NCBI GenBank assembly: GCA_964016885.1
Contig: OZ024747.1
Span: forward strand, 84,320,001 to 84,384,000
From: Eledone cirrhosa
Taxonomy: Eukaryota
Direction: 5' to 3'
DNA: 64,000 nucleotides
A program made the position numbers and the translations under genes. Positions 40,501-51,454 of the stretch are shown here, one piece after another. Each line of letters starts with the position of its first letter. Position 1 is the first letter of the stretch. A model generated the notes under the pieces. The model was given only the letters and a program-made list of their open reading frames with translations, searched no databases and had not been told where the DNA came from.

Positions 40501-40822
40501 CTTGGTGAGAGTGATCGCAATATGATTCCTGGTTTTTATCAGACTGGTCGTCAGAAACGTCTACAGTTTTGCAACTTTTCATAACTTTCTTTCCGTCGGC
40601 CAACAGGGTAGACTTGTTGCTGTCACTTTTGTTGGAGAATTCGTAGCCGTTGCAACAAATTTCCATCTGTGATGGTGAACTCGAAGATGTTTTTTTTAAA
40701 GTTTTATCGGGAGGCAACGGATCCTGATCTGAGTGGCACTTACTTTGGTAGACCCACTCGTTGTTATTGTTTTTCTGTTTCTTCTGTTTATTCCTGTCGG
40801 GGACTCGTGGAAGTGAAGCCAT
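40501..40822 (-). CDS. IRF1/2: IRF1/2-like transcription factor, putative coding exon 1 (N-terminal extension; alternative in-frame ATG at 40924)
   Basis: Open frame MASLPRVPDRNKQKKQ...SYCDHSHQ with ATG in AAAATGG context. It ends CAA G|GTAAGA (phase 1), which joins exon 2 in frame (G+AA = Glu). A CpG-richer, promoter-like region lies upstream. No homology support for the peptide itself. Confidence 0.65.
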
Positions 40823-40924
40823 TTTTACAGTAGCTCTGTTTTTTGTGTATACGTGTGTTTGTATATGCTGCTGTACAGAATCTATGTGCATGTGTGAATG
40901 AAGAGCGGGGGTGGTAGAAGTCAT

Positions 40925-41742
40925 ATTTAAAGTGTGTCGCCTTCTACCAATGACGAACAGACGGGAGGGTTCAAAGTTGTAACCTTCTTTTGAATGCCTT
41001 CACACAGAAGTACACTGAATATGCAATGGAAAAAAAGTTTCCTTATTATTGTTGGATTAGGACACGTTAAGGGAAGAGTATTTAGAAATAAAAAAAATAT
41101 TTAAAAAATGAAACCGGAACACAACAGAGGCACCTGGTGGTGGTGATTTCCTGTCGTCCATAGCACAGCACGTGGCTCAACAAACTTTTTGCTACTACTC
41201 ATTTCATTCTTCTTGACTTTCTCCAACCCCTAACTATTTCAACTTGTATGACAATCCGTTCATTTCTGTCCTCCCACTTCTAAATGAAAGCAGGCGCTAG
41301 TAAAAACAACTATTTCCGTCAACGAACTGCTGTTCTCCTGTCACACACGCCTTTTTTATTTGGCTCACTTGACGCCATTTTCAGTTTCGCTTTTATTTTA
41401 TTTGCAAAAACTTTTCACATGTTACAATCTTTTTTAAGTTTATCCATTTAAAGAAATCGAATTATTAAATAATCATTATAGCATATTAGAAAATTGAATA
41501 ACTAAAAGAAAATTGTATTTTTAGAAATAAAAAAGCTGATAAATGATATTTAAATAGTTATTCACTGAATCAGCATAATTGTTAAACTCTCATAAATATC
41601 AATTCATCGCATGTACTTGAAATATATTTTGTTTGTGTACATTGACAGACAAGAGGGTCAGTAGGGGGCTGTTGCTAATTTCTGTCGTTATTGATACTTC
41701 TGATTCTAATGTGTGTATGAGCTTATATAAAATGTGTGTGTT

Positions 41743-41784
<42 letters not shown>

Positions 41785-41945
41785 GTGTGTGTGTATGAAC
41801 ATTTACATATGGATATGTATATATATATATATATATATATGTTATATATTACATACATACATACATACATGCGCGCGCGCACATATAATAATATGTATGT
41901 AGGATATATTAACAAATTTTATAGCAAAAAGAAAAGTGAAACTTG
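40925..41945 (-). promoter_or_regulatory. Putative IRF promoter with IRF-E/ISRE motifs
   Basis: AAAAGCGAAACTGAAAA on minus (41378-41394), GAAAAGTGAAACT (41931-41943), CACGTG near 41169, kB-like GGTGATTTCC near 41142, TATA-like TTTAAATA next to 40924. Confidence 0.5.
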
Positions 41946-42714
41946 ATAATCGTTTTTAACATAAATTTTAAAAGATTTTTTTTTTCTTTTCTTTTAATCA
42001 ATCTTTAGATATTCAAAAGTTAAGAGAGATTATGTTAGAAGAAAATTCTTTCACATCTACATTAATCTTAAATTCCGCTACTGATTTTATTTACTAGGTC
42101 ACTACGAATAAAGTAAACAACTCAGGGCTATTGTTTCTCCATGTTGATTTTTTTTTTTACTTTCATAAGTATGCCTGTATGTTTGTTTTTCTTATCGCAA
42201 AGGCCAATATATTAATAAGTTAGTTCTTAATAGTGTAAAAAGCCTACTTAACATCGCCATGATTATATATCAAATTTGCGAGGTTACAAGTAAAGACAAC
42301 AGGAAAAAAAAACTTTTCAAACTTCTCATAAAGTTCGTTCGATGACGTTTGCATTTATATCATTTTTCGAAGTAATTTTTTTCTACTTGAAAAATAAATT
42401 TATACACTCTACCCTTCAGTATGGAGTGTTCATTCAGTTGATGTTTGAATGTTTTAAATACTATGGCATTCGTATATTTATACACACACACATTCATCTA
42501 TATTTATATATATATATATATACACGCACACGCTCACATTAGATATATATATAACAATGAGTAGGAACGCGATGTTAAAATATGTTTATTCGCGCGTGAC
42601 GCGCGTTTCACAATCGATCAGTTCAAGGTACAATCGGTATCGATCGTGCCCGACTCTGGAATTGATAATTCATCAAACTCGTGGTTTCCTTAATGACAGG
42701 AGATATATAAAGAA

Positions 42715-42994
42715 CTAGCAGAATAAGTCCGACGTTGCTCTGGATTTGCTCTAGGGTTCTTATATATTTAATATATATTTATCCTTATCGAGCCTCTTGA
42801 AATAAATACGTTTGTTTATATTTTATTGTATATGCAAAAATATCTGTACACGAATATATAATTATATATATATATATTAAAATAACAGATTAAAGTTTAA
42901 GCAAAGAATCGCTGCTTTCACCCTTAACGGGATCTTCTGAAATTAAAAAAATCAATCTGTGAACGCAGAAGTAAATATTTCGAAAAACGTTACA

Positions 42995-43026
<32 letters not shown>

Positions 43027-43070
43027 CGTTTCTGAATTTGTTTAGCAAGATTCTTTATCTGAAATCGTAT

Positions 43071-43110
<40 letters not shown>

Positions 43111-43412
43111 TATATATACATATACACACACACACAGATAGCGACGTCATAATGTCGTAATGCAGACAGCCAGACATACAGACAGATATTATAAGGGCGC
43201 AACGTTATATCTATGTATCTATCTAAAAAGAAAGACTAAGAATTATAGAGAGAGATCGCTAAATCGCCTAATGCAGTCCCTAGAGCAAGGAAAATTTGAA
43301 ATATTTTTTGCTCAAAACACGCACAGGACCATAAGTAACAATCGGTTGGGTGGTTCTCGAGTTTTAGGGAGTCAGACAGACAGCCAGACATTCTCTGTTT
43401 TAGATATGTAGA
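42715..43412 (-). mobile_element. Non-autonomous Helitron-like element (partial third copy ~34480-34590)
   Basis: Minus strand reads A|TC...hairpin...CTAG|T with no TSD; same sequence as 17820-18470. Confidence 0.78.
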
Positions 43413-43424
43413 TATATATATATA

Positions 43425-44850
43425 TCATCATCATCATCATTATCATCATCATCATTTTACGTCCGCTTTTCCCTGCTTGCAAGGGTGGGACGGGTCTTAT
43501 TCAGCACAGCATCTCTCCACTCGTCACGGTCCCTCGTCATCTCCACTGTGAGCTTCAATGATCTGAGGTCTGTTCTCACCACCGCCGCCATGTTTTTCGT
43601 GGTCTACCTCTACCACGTCTTCCTTCAACTGGCAATTCCTGGCACTTCTGCACCCATCGGTCATCCTTCATGCGCATCACATGTCCATACCACCTCAGTC
43701 TCCTCTCCCGTACACTACATTCTATCCCTCTCAGACACAGTTTCTCTCTCAACACATTTATGCTGGGTCGTTCACGCACATTTACACTGCACAACCAACG
43801 GAGCATGCTTGCCTCATTTCTCTCCAGCCGTCGCATATCCTCTGCAGTTGCTGCCCATGTCTCACTACCATGCAGCATCGCGCTCCTCACACAGGCATCA
43901 TACAACCGGCCTTTTGTACGCATGGAGAAACCCTTCTTCGTCAACAGAGGAAGCAGCTCCCTAAACTTCTTCCAACCCGTCCTTATTCTAGATACTATGG
44001 CCTCGGAACACCCTCCTCCCATGCTAATCTGATCTCCTAGGTACCGGAAGCTATCCACCACTTCTATAGCGCCCTCTTGCATTTGAAAAATGTGTCTATC
44101 AGTGCGACTTCTACTGTCTAATTTCCCTGTACATCTACTGCATACATATTTTTCCCTACCTGTTAGTTTGCCTGCTATCCCGCTACATCTCTTGTGTACC
44201 CAGGATCTGCATTGTGTGCATTTTATAGAATTTATGCCAGTTCCTTTTCTGCATATCGAACATGGCCATTTCCCTGACGGAATCAGGGTTTTGTCCTCTT
44301 TTCTACTCATCAACACTTTTGTCTTAGCTAGATTCACTCTCAGTCCTCTTGCTTCCAACTGCTGTTTCCATAGCCAGAATTTATTCTCTAGCTCCTCTAC
44401 TGATTTTGCTATAAGAACCAGATCGTCAGCATAGAGAAGTTCCCATGGACAGCCAGTCTTAAACCCCTCTGTTATGGCTTGGAGGACTATAATGAACAAG
44501 AGCGGGCTGAGGACCGAACCCTGATGTACTCCTACTTGTATCTGGAATTCCTCACTAAACTCCATTCCTACCCTGACTTTACTGAGAGTACCTCTGTACA
44601 AAGTTTGCACAGTCCTCACAAGCCATTCCTTAACACCTAGCTTCCTTAGGGACCCCCAGATGACAGATCGGGGTACCCTATCAAAGGCCTTCTCTAGGTC
44701 AACAAAGGCTAAGTATAGTGGCTTATTCTTCTCTAAGAACCTCTCTTGCAATTGTCTCACCAAGAAGAGGGCATCTGTTGTACTCTTCCCAGGCACAAAA
44801 CCAAACTGCATCTCATCTAGTTTGACCCTTTCTCTAATTAGTTGTGCTAA
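43425..44850 (-). mobile_element. Young 5'-truncated RTE LINE family B1 (RT with PHD-type finger)
   Basis: About 420 uninterrupted codons with QFGF, FVDLEKAFD, GVHQGSVLSP, YADD and FRYLG. One frameshift near the C-terminus; (ATG)n tail. Confidence 0.93.
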
Positions 44851-44882
44851 ATATATATATATATATATAAATATATATATAA

Positions 44883-44943
<61 letters not shown>

Positions 44944-44959
44944 AGTACATACCATCATC

Positions 44960-46070
44960 CTCGTGTAAATGTAAAACTCGTAGGGCAGACCATCCAAACC
45001 AGGCGACATGCCCGCATGCAGCTAGTCATCACCTCCCGTATCTCAGTGGCTGTTATTGGCCTTTTGCAACACTCCATTTCCATGGTTGAAAACTGCAATA
45101 GGTCATCAAGGGAGGTGCTACAGTTCATTCCATGATCCAGCCCATCACCGCTCCCGGGATCAAGCAGCATGCCCCCATTGTGGTCTGCTAGAGACCTGAT
45201 TGCTGCTTGGCCCATCAAATGGCTTTCATCTCCTCATGTCTAAGAGCACACACACCCTTGCTCTGAAAATACAGTCTTCATGCTTTGCATTGAAGAATTG
45301 GTCAAGAACCAATCTCACTGCAAGCACGTCAGTTCCATTGAAAAGCCTCTTCTAGCTTTCTAACTAGCTCACCCTTTAGTCTAGTATTTTCTATTGCAAC
45401 TCCTTTACTAAACCTTATCAATTCTACTCCAATTGCCCTTTTCAGGGCAAACTACCATTTGTTGTTGATGAGTGCCCCTATCAATGCCTGCTTAACTAAT
45501 TCACTAATCCAGGCTTGGCATACTGAAAGGATGCATTCAGCTTCCAGTAACCAGGTCCCTGTTTATAAAGCCTATCTAAGTCGACTACAGATCACAAATT
45601 TATGGTCTGTGTAGTTGTCTACTTTGAATTGTGGATAGCCTATGCTAGCCTTATCTACTTCCCTACAAAATACTCGATCTTGATGACCTGGTGAGGTTTG
45701 TTTATACCCACATTGGCACATTTTGGAAATCCAATCAGAACCTGTCAAACAATTGGAAATGTCTGAGCAGGTTTGTGAGGCTTTTACACCCTACTCTCCT
45801 ATCTCTAGCCTCACACAGTCCCAACATGTATCTAAGATACCATTCCAGTTGCCCACTAACACTTAAGAGTGGGACATTCCTAGAGTGGTCTCTAGGCACC
45901 TGAAGAAATCAGGCTGTCTTGCCCCTGTTGGAATACAGACAGCCACAAGCTTGTAAGCATACCCTTTGCTGCTGGTCATGTCCAGCTCCACCAACTTACC
46001 TTCAAGAGATCTAAGCTTTTCCGAAATACAAAATATTAGATTGGTGACCAGCACAGGATAGCTCACTTCA
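44960..46070 (-). mobile_element. Degraded L1/Tx1-clade LINE fragment (APE endonuclease to start of RT)
   Basis: SPGLDGLPYEFY, TDHKFV, GPGYWKLN and VGNWNGILD-like motifs across broken frames. Confidence 0.7.
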
Positions 46071-46349
46071 ATTTTACGGTTTGTGGCCCCCTTAAAGTCA
46101 TTTACACTTTACCCTCTAGAGATGATGTCTCAAAAAAAAAAAACACTGGTTGTGTGATGGAACCTTAAAAGCACTAACCTCAATGAGTGAAATGAATCAA
46201 AACCTTTGTTTACACAAAGATGTGAATGGTGCAGGAGCTTCTAGTGAAGGTACCCCATCTGCCAGGTGTCCTGTGATTGAGCTATGCAGGCCCGGTCATC
46301 ATCATGACTCTGGAGTTGACAAGATGGAAGGAATTGAATTACCAGAAAC

Positions 46350-47050
46350 TTCTTCTTCACCCACTTATCCTGAGAAGGTTGTGGGGGAAGAGTCCTCAAA
46401 CACTCCTTCCAGCAAGTCCTATCAGAAGCAACTATCTCCAACTGATCTGGCTGGATACCCAAGCAAGACCAGCCAAGCTCATGGATGTTATCCAACCATC
46501 TTACTTGGGGTCTATCCCTGGGTCTCCTGCCGGTTGGTTTTGCCCATAAAATCTTTCCAGTGATTCTTTCCTGAGACATTCTAACCACATTCCCATAGTA
46601 TTGGAGCTGTGATCTTTCAATTCAGAGAAATAGCAGTTCTACCTGGAATGACTCTCTGATCTCCAAGCTACGCACTCTATTGAGTAACTGTACTCCAAAG
46701 ACCCTTTGGAGAAACCCCATTTCAGCCACTTATTCCACGTATTCGCAATCATATTCTTTCAGTCATTACCCAATACCATAGGTAAGAGTTGGCATGAATA
46801 CTGAATTGAGGACAAAGAGTTTGGCTTTTACGCCTGCCTCCCTTCTTCAGATTACTGACTGCTGAAGCTGGTGCACTACTGCACCAGCTCTTACAATTCT
46901 TGCACTTATTCAGCCTCCTGCTTCCTATCACTTGTGAACATGGGCCCAAGATACTTGAATTTCTCTACCTGCTTCAGAAGAACTCTATTTACATGTAGGG
47001 CTGCACTACGCAGGCTTCCTTGAGAGTGTCTCAGTTTTCACAGCAGTGAT
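46350..47050 (-). mobile_element. RTE family A 3' fragment (shorter ones at ~49475-49705(-) and ~61785-62005(+))
   Basis: VVRMSQERI...RRPRDRPQVRWLDNI, similar to 1640-2170. Confidence 0.8.
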
Positions 47051-48499
47051 ATTAATTAATCCCTCCAAATTCTTCATTAGATAATTGAAATAAAATGTAT
47101 TTTATTAGAAATATGAAAACGAAAGTTAAAACAAACAGTTTGTATTGTAGAATCAGGTGTGGTTTCATATGGTTTGGTAATAAAAGGGTTAATACATAAC
47201 ACACACATTTACCATATTATAACAGTTTGTATAATCTTCGAAATCTGTAACTTGTTCAGGATGATGGAAAGTAAGAATTGATGAATTAGTTGAATAACAA
47301 GTTTCAATGACTTCCTGTTTCTCATTCGGGGAATATCTACTTGGAAGTAAGGATAGGTACCACTTTTATTCCTTATCAGCTTGTTTGAGCTTTTATATGT
47401 AAAGCTATTAAAGTGCTACAGACCTACTTATAGAGCTGTGTGAATGAGTGTGTGTGTCTGTGTGTTTATATTTATACACGCACAGTTAATAAGAGTATTG
47501 AATCTACATCATGGTTTCATGCTAACTGAGCTGCCTATGTTATTAACAAGCTTTCATAGAAATCCAACAAAGGAACCTTTATACAGTCGCTTGAACTGCT
47601 AGAAATAGCAGCCAAATCTTCATCAAATCATATTCCAAAGGAACAGAAGGACATGTATAATGTACACTAAGATACAGTATATCTTTAAAAAAAAGCTGGA
47701 ATGCCTTTGATCTGGAATTTGTTAATTTGTTAATAAGGTTCCCTGAACAATTTTCTGATAGGATATATGCCAGCTGGTACAGATTAATTCTGTCTTATTT
47801 TGGGGATAAGCATAAATGGTGTCATTTATGCCTGCTTTTCTATGCTTGTATAGGTTGGATGTAGCGACAGATTGACTGGCTACATGGATAATTAGGTAAT
47901 ACCTGGTGGGCTGGGTAAATTAAAAATACAATGAAAAACATATCAATCCTGTAGTATTTAAACCGGCCATATCCAACCAGAATTCTCTCACCTCTATATG
48001 TTCAAACCGACTGTAACTGGCCACGCATACTGATGTTAAATATATCAAAATCTCATAGATTCGATATTATGTGAGATAATTATGTGAGGTACATCCTTTA
48101 CCATGAAAATATAATAGTATATATATAGCTTAATGTAAATGCTAAAGGGTTAATGAACAATGGGCAAACCTGATAGGTGGTGGATAGCTTTAGGGCAAGT
48201 GTGTTATATTATATATCTGGGTTGAGTTAAATTTGATAGATGGAAATTGCAAAGTGGTTGGTGTTATGGCGGATGTCCAGCCATAGAAATCATGGCAAAT
48301 TTGGAACATATAACAAATCATCTTGTCTTGATCCATGACAACCCTTCCAATCCATGCCAGGATGGAAATCTAATGTAAAATGATAATGATGATAATGGTA
48401 AATATGTAGCTAATCCATTCAGTGAATTTGAACTATTGTTCCCCTGGTTGGTGAAAGAAATCATATGACCACATACGCTGACCTTTTGACCTTATAAGA

Positions 48500-48880
48500 T
48501 GAGGTGATAAAAGCCGACCTTACTCAATTACACCTCTCAAAGGCAATGACACACGACCGTGACCTCTGGCGTCATGCAGTAATACAGAGTACCCGACCTC
48601 CCATGGGTACAAGCTGAAGCATATAGACAATATGCCCCCACACCCCCCACCGCAAGGTGGTCGTGGAGGTGCCACGGCAAAAAAGCACCCAGCCCACACT
48701 GTAAAGTGGACGTGTAGGCGCCATGAAAAAGCATCCAGCTGTAGAAATCAAGCCAAATCAGTTCCTGTATGAGCAAGGCATGGTCAGCCAACCAGACACT
48801 GCCCACAACAGGACAACCCGTCTAACCCATGCTAGCGTGGAAGAACGGACGTAAAACGGTGATGATGATGATGATGATGA
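48500..48880 (+). mobile_element. RTE family B2-related 3' end
   Basis: ADLTQLHLSKAMTHDRDLWRHAVIQ followed by the shared tail module and (ATG)n. Confidence 0.75.
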
Positions 48881-51026
48881 AGATAAGCAATTTCCCTTGT
48901 ATTGTATCCAACATATTTTACTTCATTTGTTTTGGGGATTCATGTCTCCATTCTCATGGTCTGTCTGCTCTTGGCTGTCCAGTAACCAGTTTGGTTCAGT
49001 TCAAGACAGAGATCAGAACGATGTAGTTTGCCAATAGACTCACTCTGACCTGCTGGGTCTCAGCCCTTTTGGCCAGCAAGCCATGACAGTCCAACAAGGG
49101 TTAGTTTCATACAACTTTTCAGACTACTACTACAGCATCCATGCCAAACCAATGACTCAAACATAATACACAATTTCTCTTTGACTCTTTCTTGTTTTTC
49201 CTCTGTTATAATAACTTCAATATAAGTTATTTCTTAATAAAAATTATTAAATAGCGGCATTTATTATTGTTCTTTAAATATCGGCAATTTCACTTTTGAC
49301 CTTCAACTTTCAACTACAAGCTATGGCAACCACACATCTCAACTCACTGAGACACAAAATTCCTTTGCCATAAGTCACAACATTCATACAGTGCATTATA
49401 TGGGAGAGAGCAATTCACAGAACACCCACAAGCCAGCAGTTACTACAATAAATTCTGCCACACTATAATGAACAACTTCTTTGTCCATTTATTCCTGAGA
49501 AGGTCGTGGAGGAAGAGTCCTCAATCACTCCTTCCAGCAGGTCCTGTCAGAAGCAACCATCTCCAATTGATCTGGCTGGATCCCTAAGCATGACCAACTG
49601 AACTCATGGATGTTATCCAACCATCTTGCTCGGGGCCTACCCCTGGGTCTCCTGTCGGTTGGTTTTGTCTGTAAAATCTGTCCAGCAACTCTTTCTTGAG
49701 GCAAACTTGAAAAATGTATTGGAGTCAATATGATCCACAAAATCCCTTCAAAGTTGTGCCTCAGCATATCCTCAGTCAACTGACTGAAACCCTTAACTCT
49801 TTTGATACCATCCCACCTAAAACCACCGCTTGTTCTATGTAACAAAACCACAACATTTTAAATGGTTCCTATTTAAATTAAAAATCTTCCAACAGAATTT
49901 TATATAGGATATTTATGTTAAGTTTACTATCTTAGCAATTAAATAATTAATTATTAGTTGATTCCTCATGAATTAATTGAAATAGAATGTATTTCATTAG
50001 AAATACCCTCACAAAAGGGTTAAAAGAAGAAGCTAATAAAAGTAAAACTGCTAGTTACTTTGTATCTACATTCCAACCATCTATTTATTGTTGTTATTTT
50101 GTAGCAGGTGTTCATTGTATGCTAGGTTCTTGTTAAAGACACTCCTTATTTGCATGTCATTGTAATAGGGTGAGGGGACATAGTTTTAAAATGTCCTTGG
50201 GTGTTATGCCTAAATTCATCAGCATTACATTATCACATAGGTACAAAAAGATAATTTTGTAGTCTTCAAAAGTATAGAGAGTATGAAATCAACACCCCTT
50301 CTCCAGTATGTGTCTCATACTTTATCACACCACTGTGGAATTTTAACTCTTCCCTTATGATATCTCAAATGAAATACACAGTATTTGAATTAATTAACAA
50401 GGAATTTACTCAAATTATTAATTACTTCATTATATTAGTGTTTGTAACACAAAAATATCATTTAAAGAGGCAGGTTTGGGCAGGTCGGTATAAAAAAAGT
50501 TAAACCAAAGTTGAGGAAGGTGAAGCAATATATCGAGACAACTTACACTTAATATTCCCCCTCCATACACACGCACACATGTATATCATGACTCATACAC
50601 TATTCACTTCCCTGACATTTGTATATTATTCTACGTACTACACATGCACCTTTGATGAGTTGTAGTGCACCTGAGCACTGTACACAATAATTTCATTATT
50701 ATATTATTTTAACTTCTTCAGGCAATGAGGGTGCATTTTGAAGGAGAGCTATTTATTTAATAAGGTGGATTTACTGTCTCTGTTTCAGTCAACATAATGT
50801 ATATAAAAGCATATAGAAATAAAAACTAACACTCCCTTATATATGGTTGAATGATTAACATTAAAGAGAAAGCTAGATACATGAAACTAGTTATGATCCA
50901 TTGAGAAAAATATTTGAATCAATAACAAATTTGACTGTCATACAGAACTGTCTTCTGTCATACATCTATTAATTTCCCACTTCTTTTTCTTACTTTTGAA
51001 GTTTTTCTATCTTGTTTACACACACA

Positions 51027-51172
<146 letters not shown>

Positions 51173-51454
51173 CATCATCAACATCATTGTTTGACATTCA
51201 TTTTCCATGCTAGCATGAGTAGGACAGGCTGTCCTTTTGTGAGAGATCAGGTCAGAGGACCATGTTTCACTCACACAAATCTGATTTTGGCTTGGTTTCT
51301 ATAGCTGGATGCCCTTCCTAATGCCAACCACATTTACAGTGTGAGTTGGGTACTTTTTGTCATGTCGCCAACACGACCACTTTACTGTGTGGACTGGATG
51401 CTTTTTGTTGTGACACCTACACAACCACTTTACTGTGTGGACTATATATATATA

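Noticed and set aside
43485-44944. Plus-strand ORFs overlapping the LINE
   Set aside because: Antisense shadows of RT coding sequence.
43576-45009. 477-aa ORF as a single protein
   Set aside because: It is a chimera of an L1/Tx1 fragment, a (TA)n tract and an RTE RT; the fusion is accidental.
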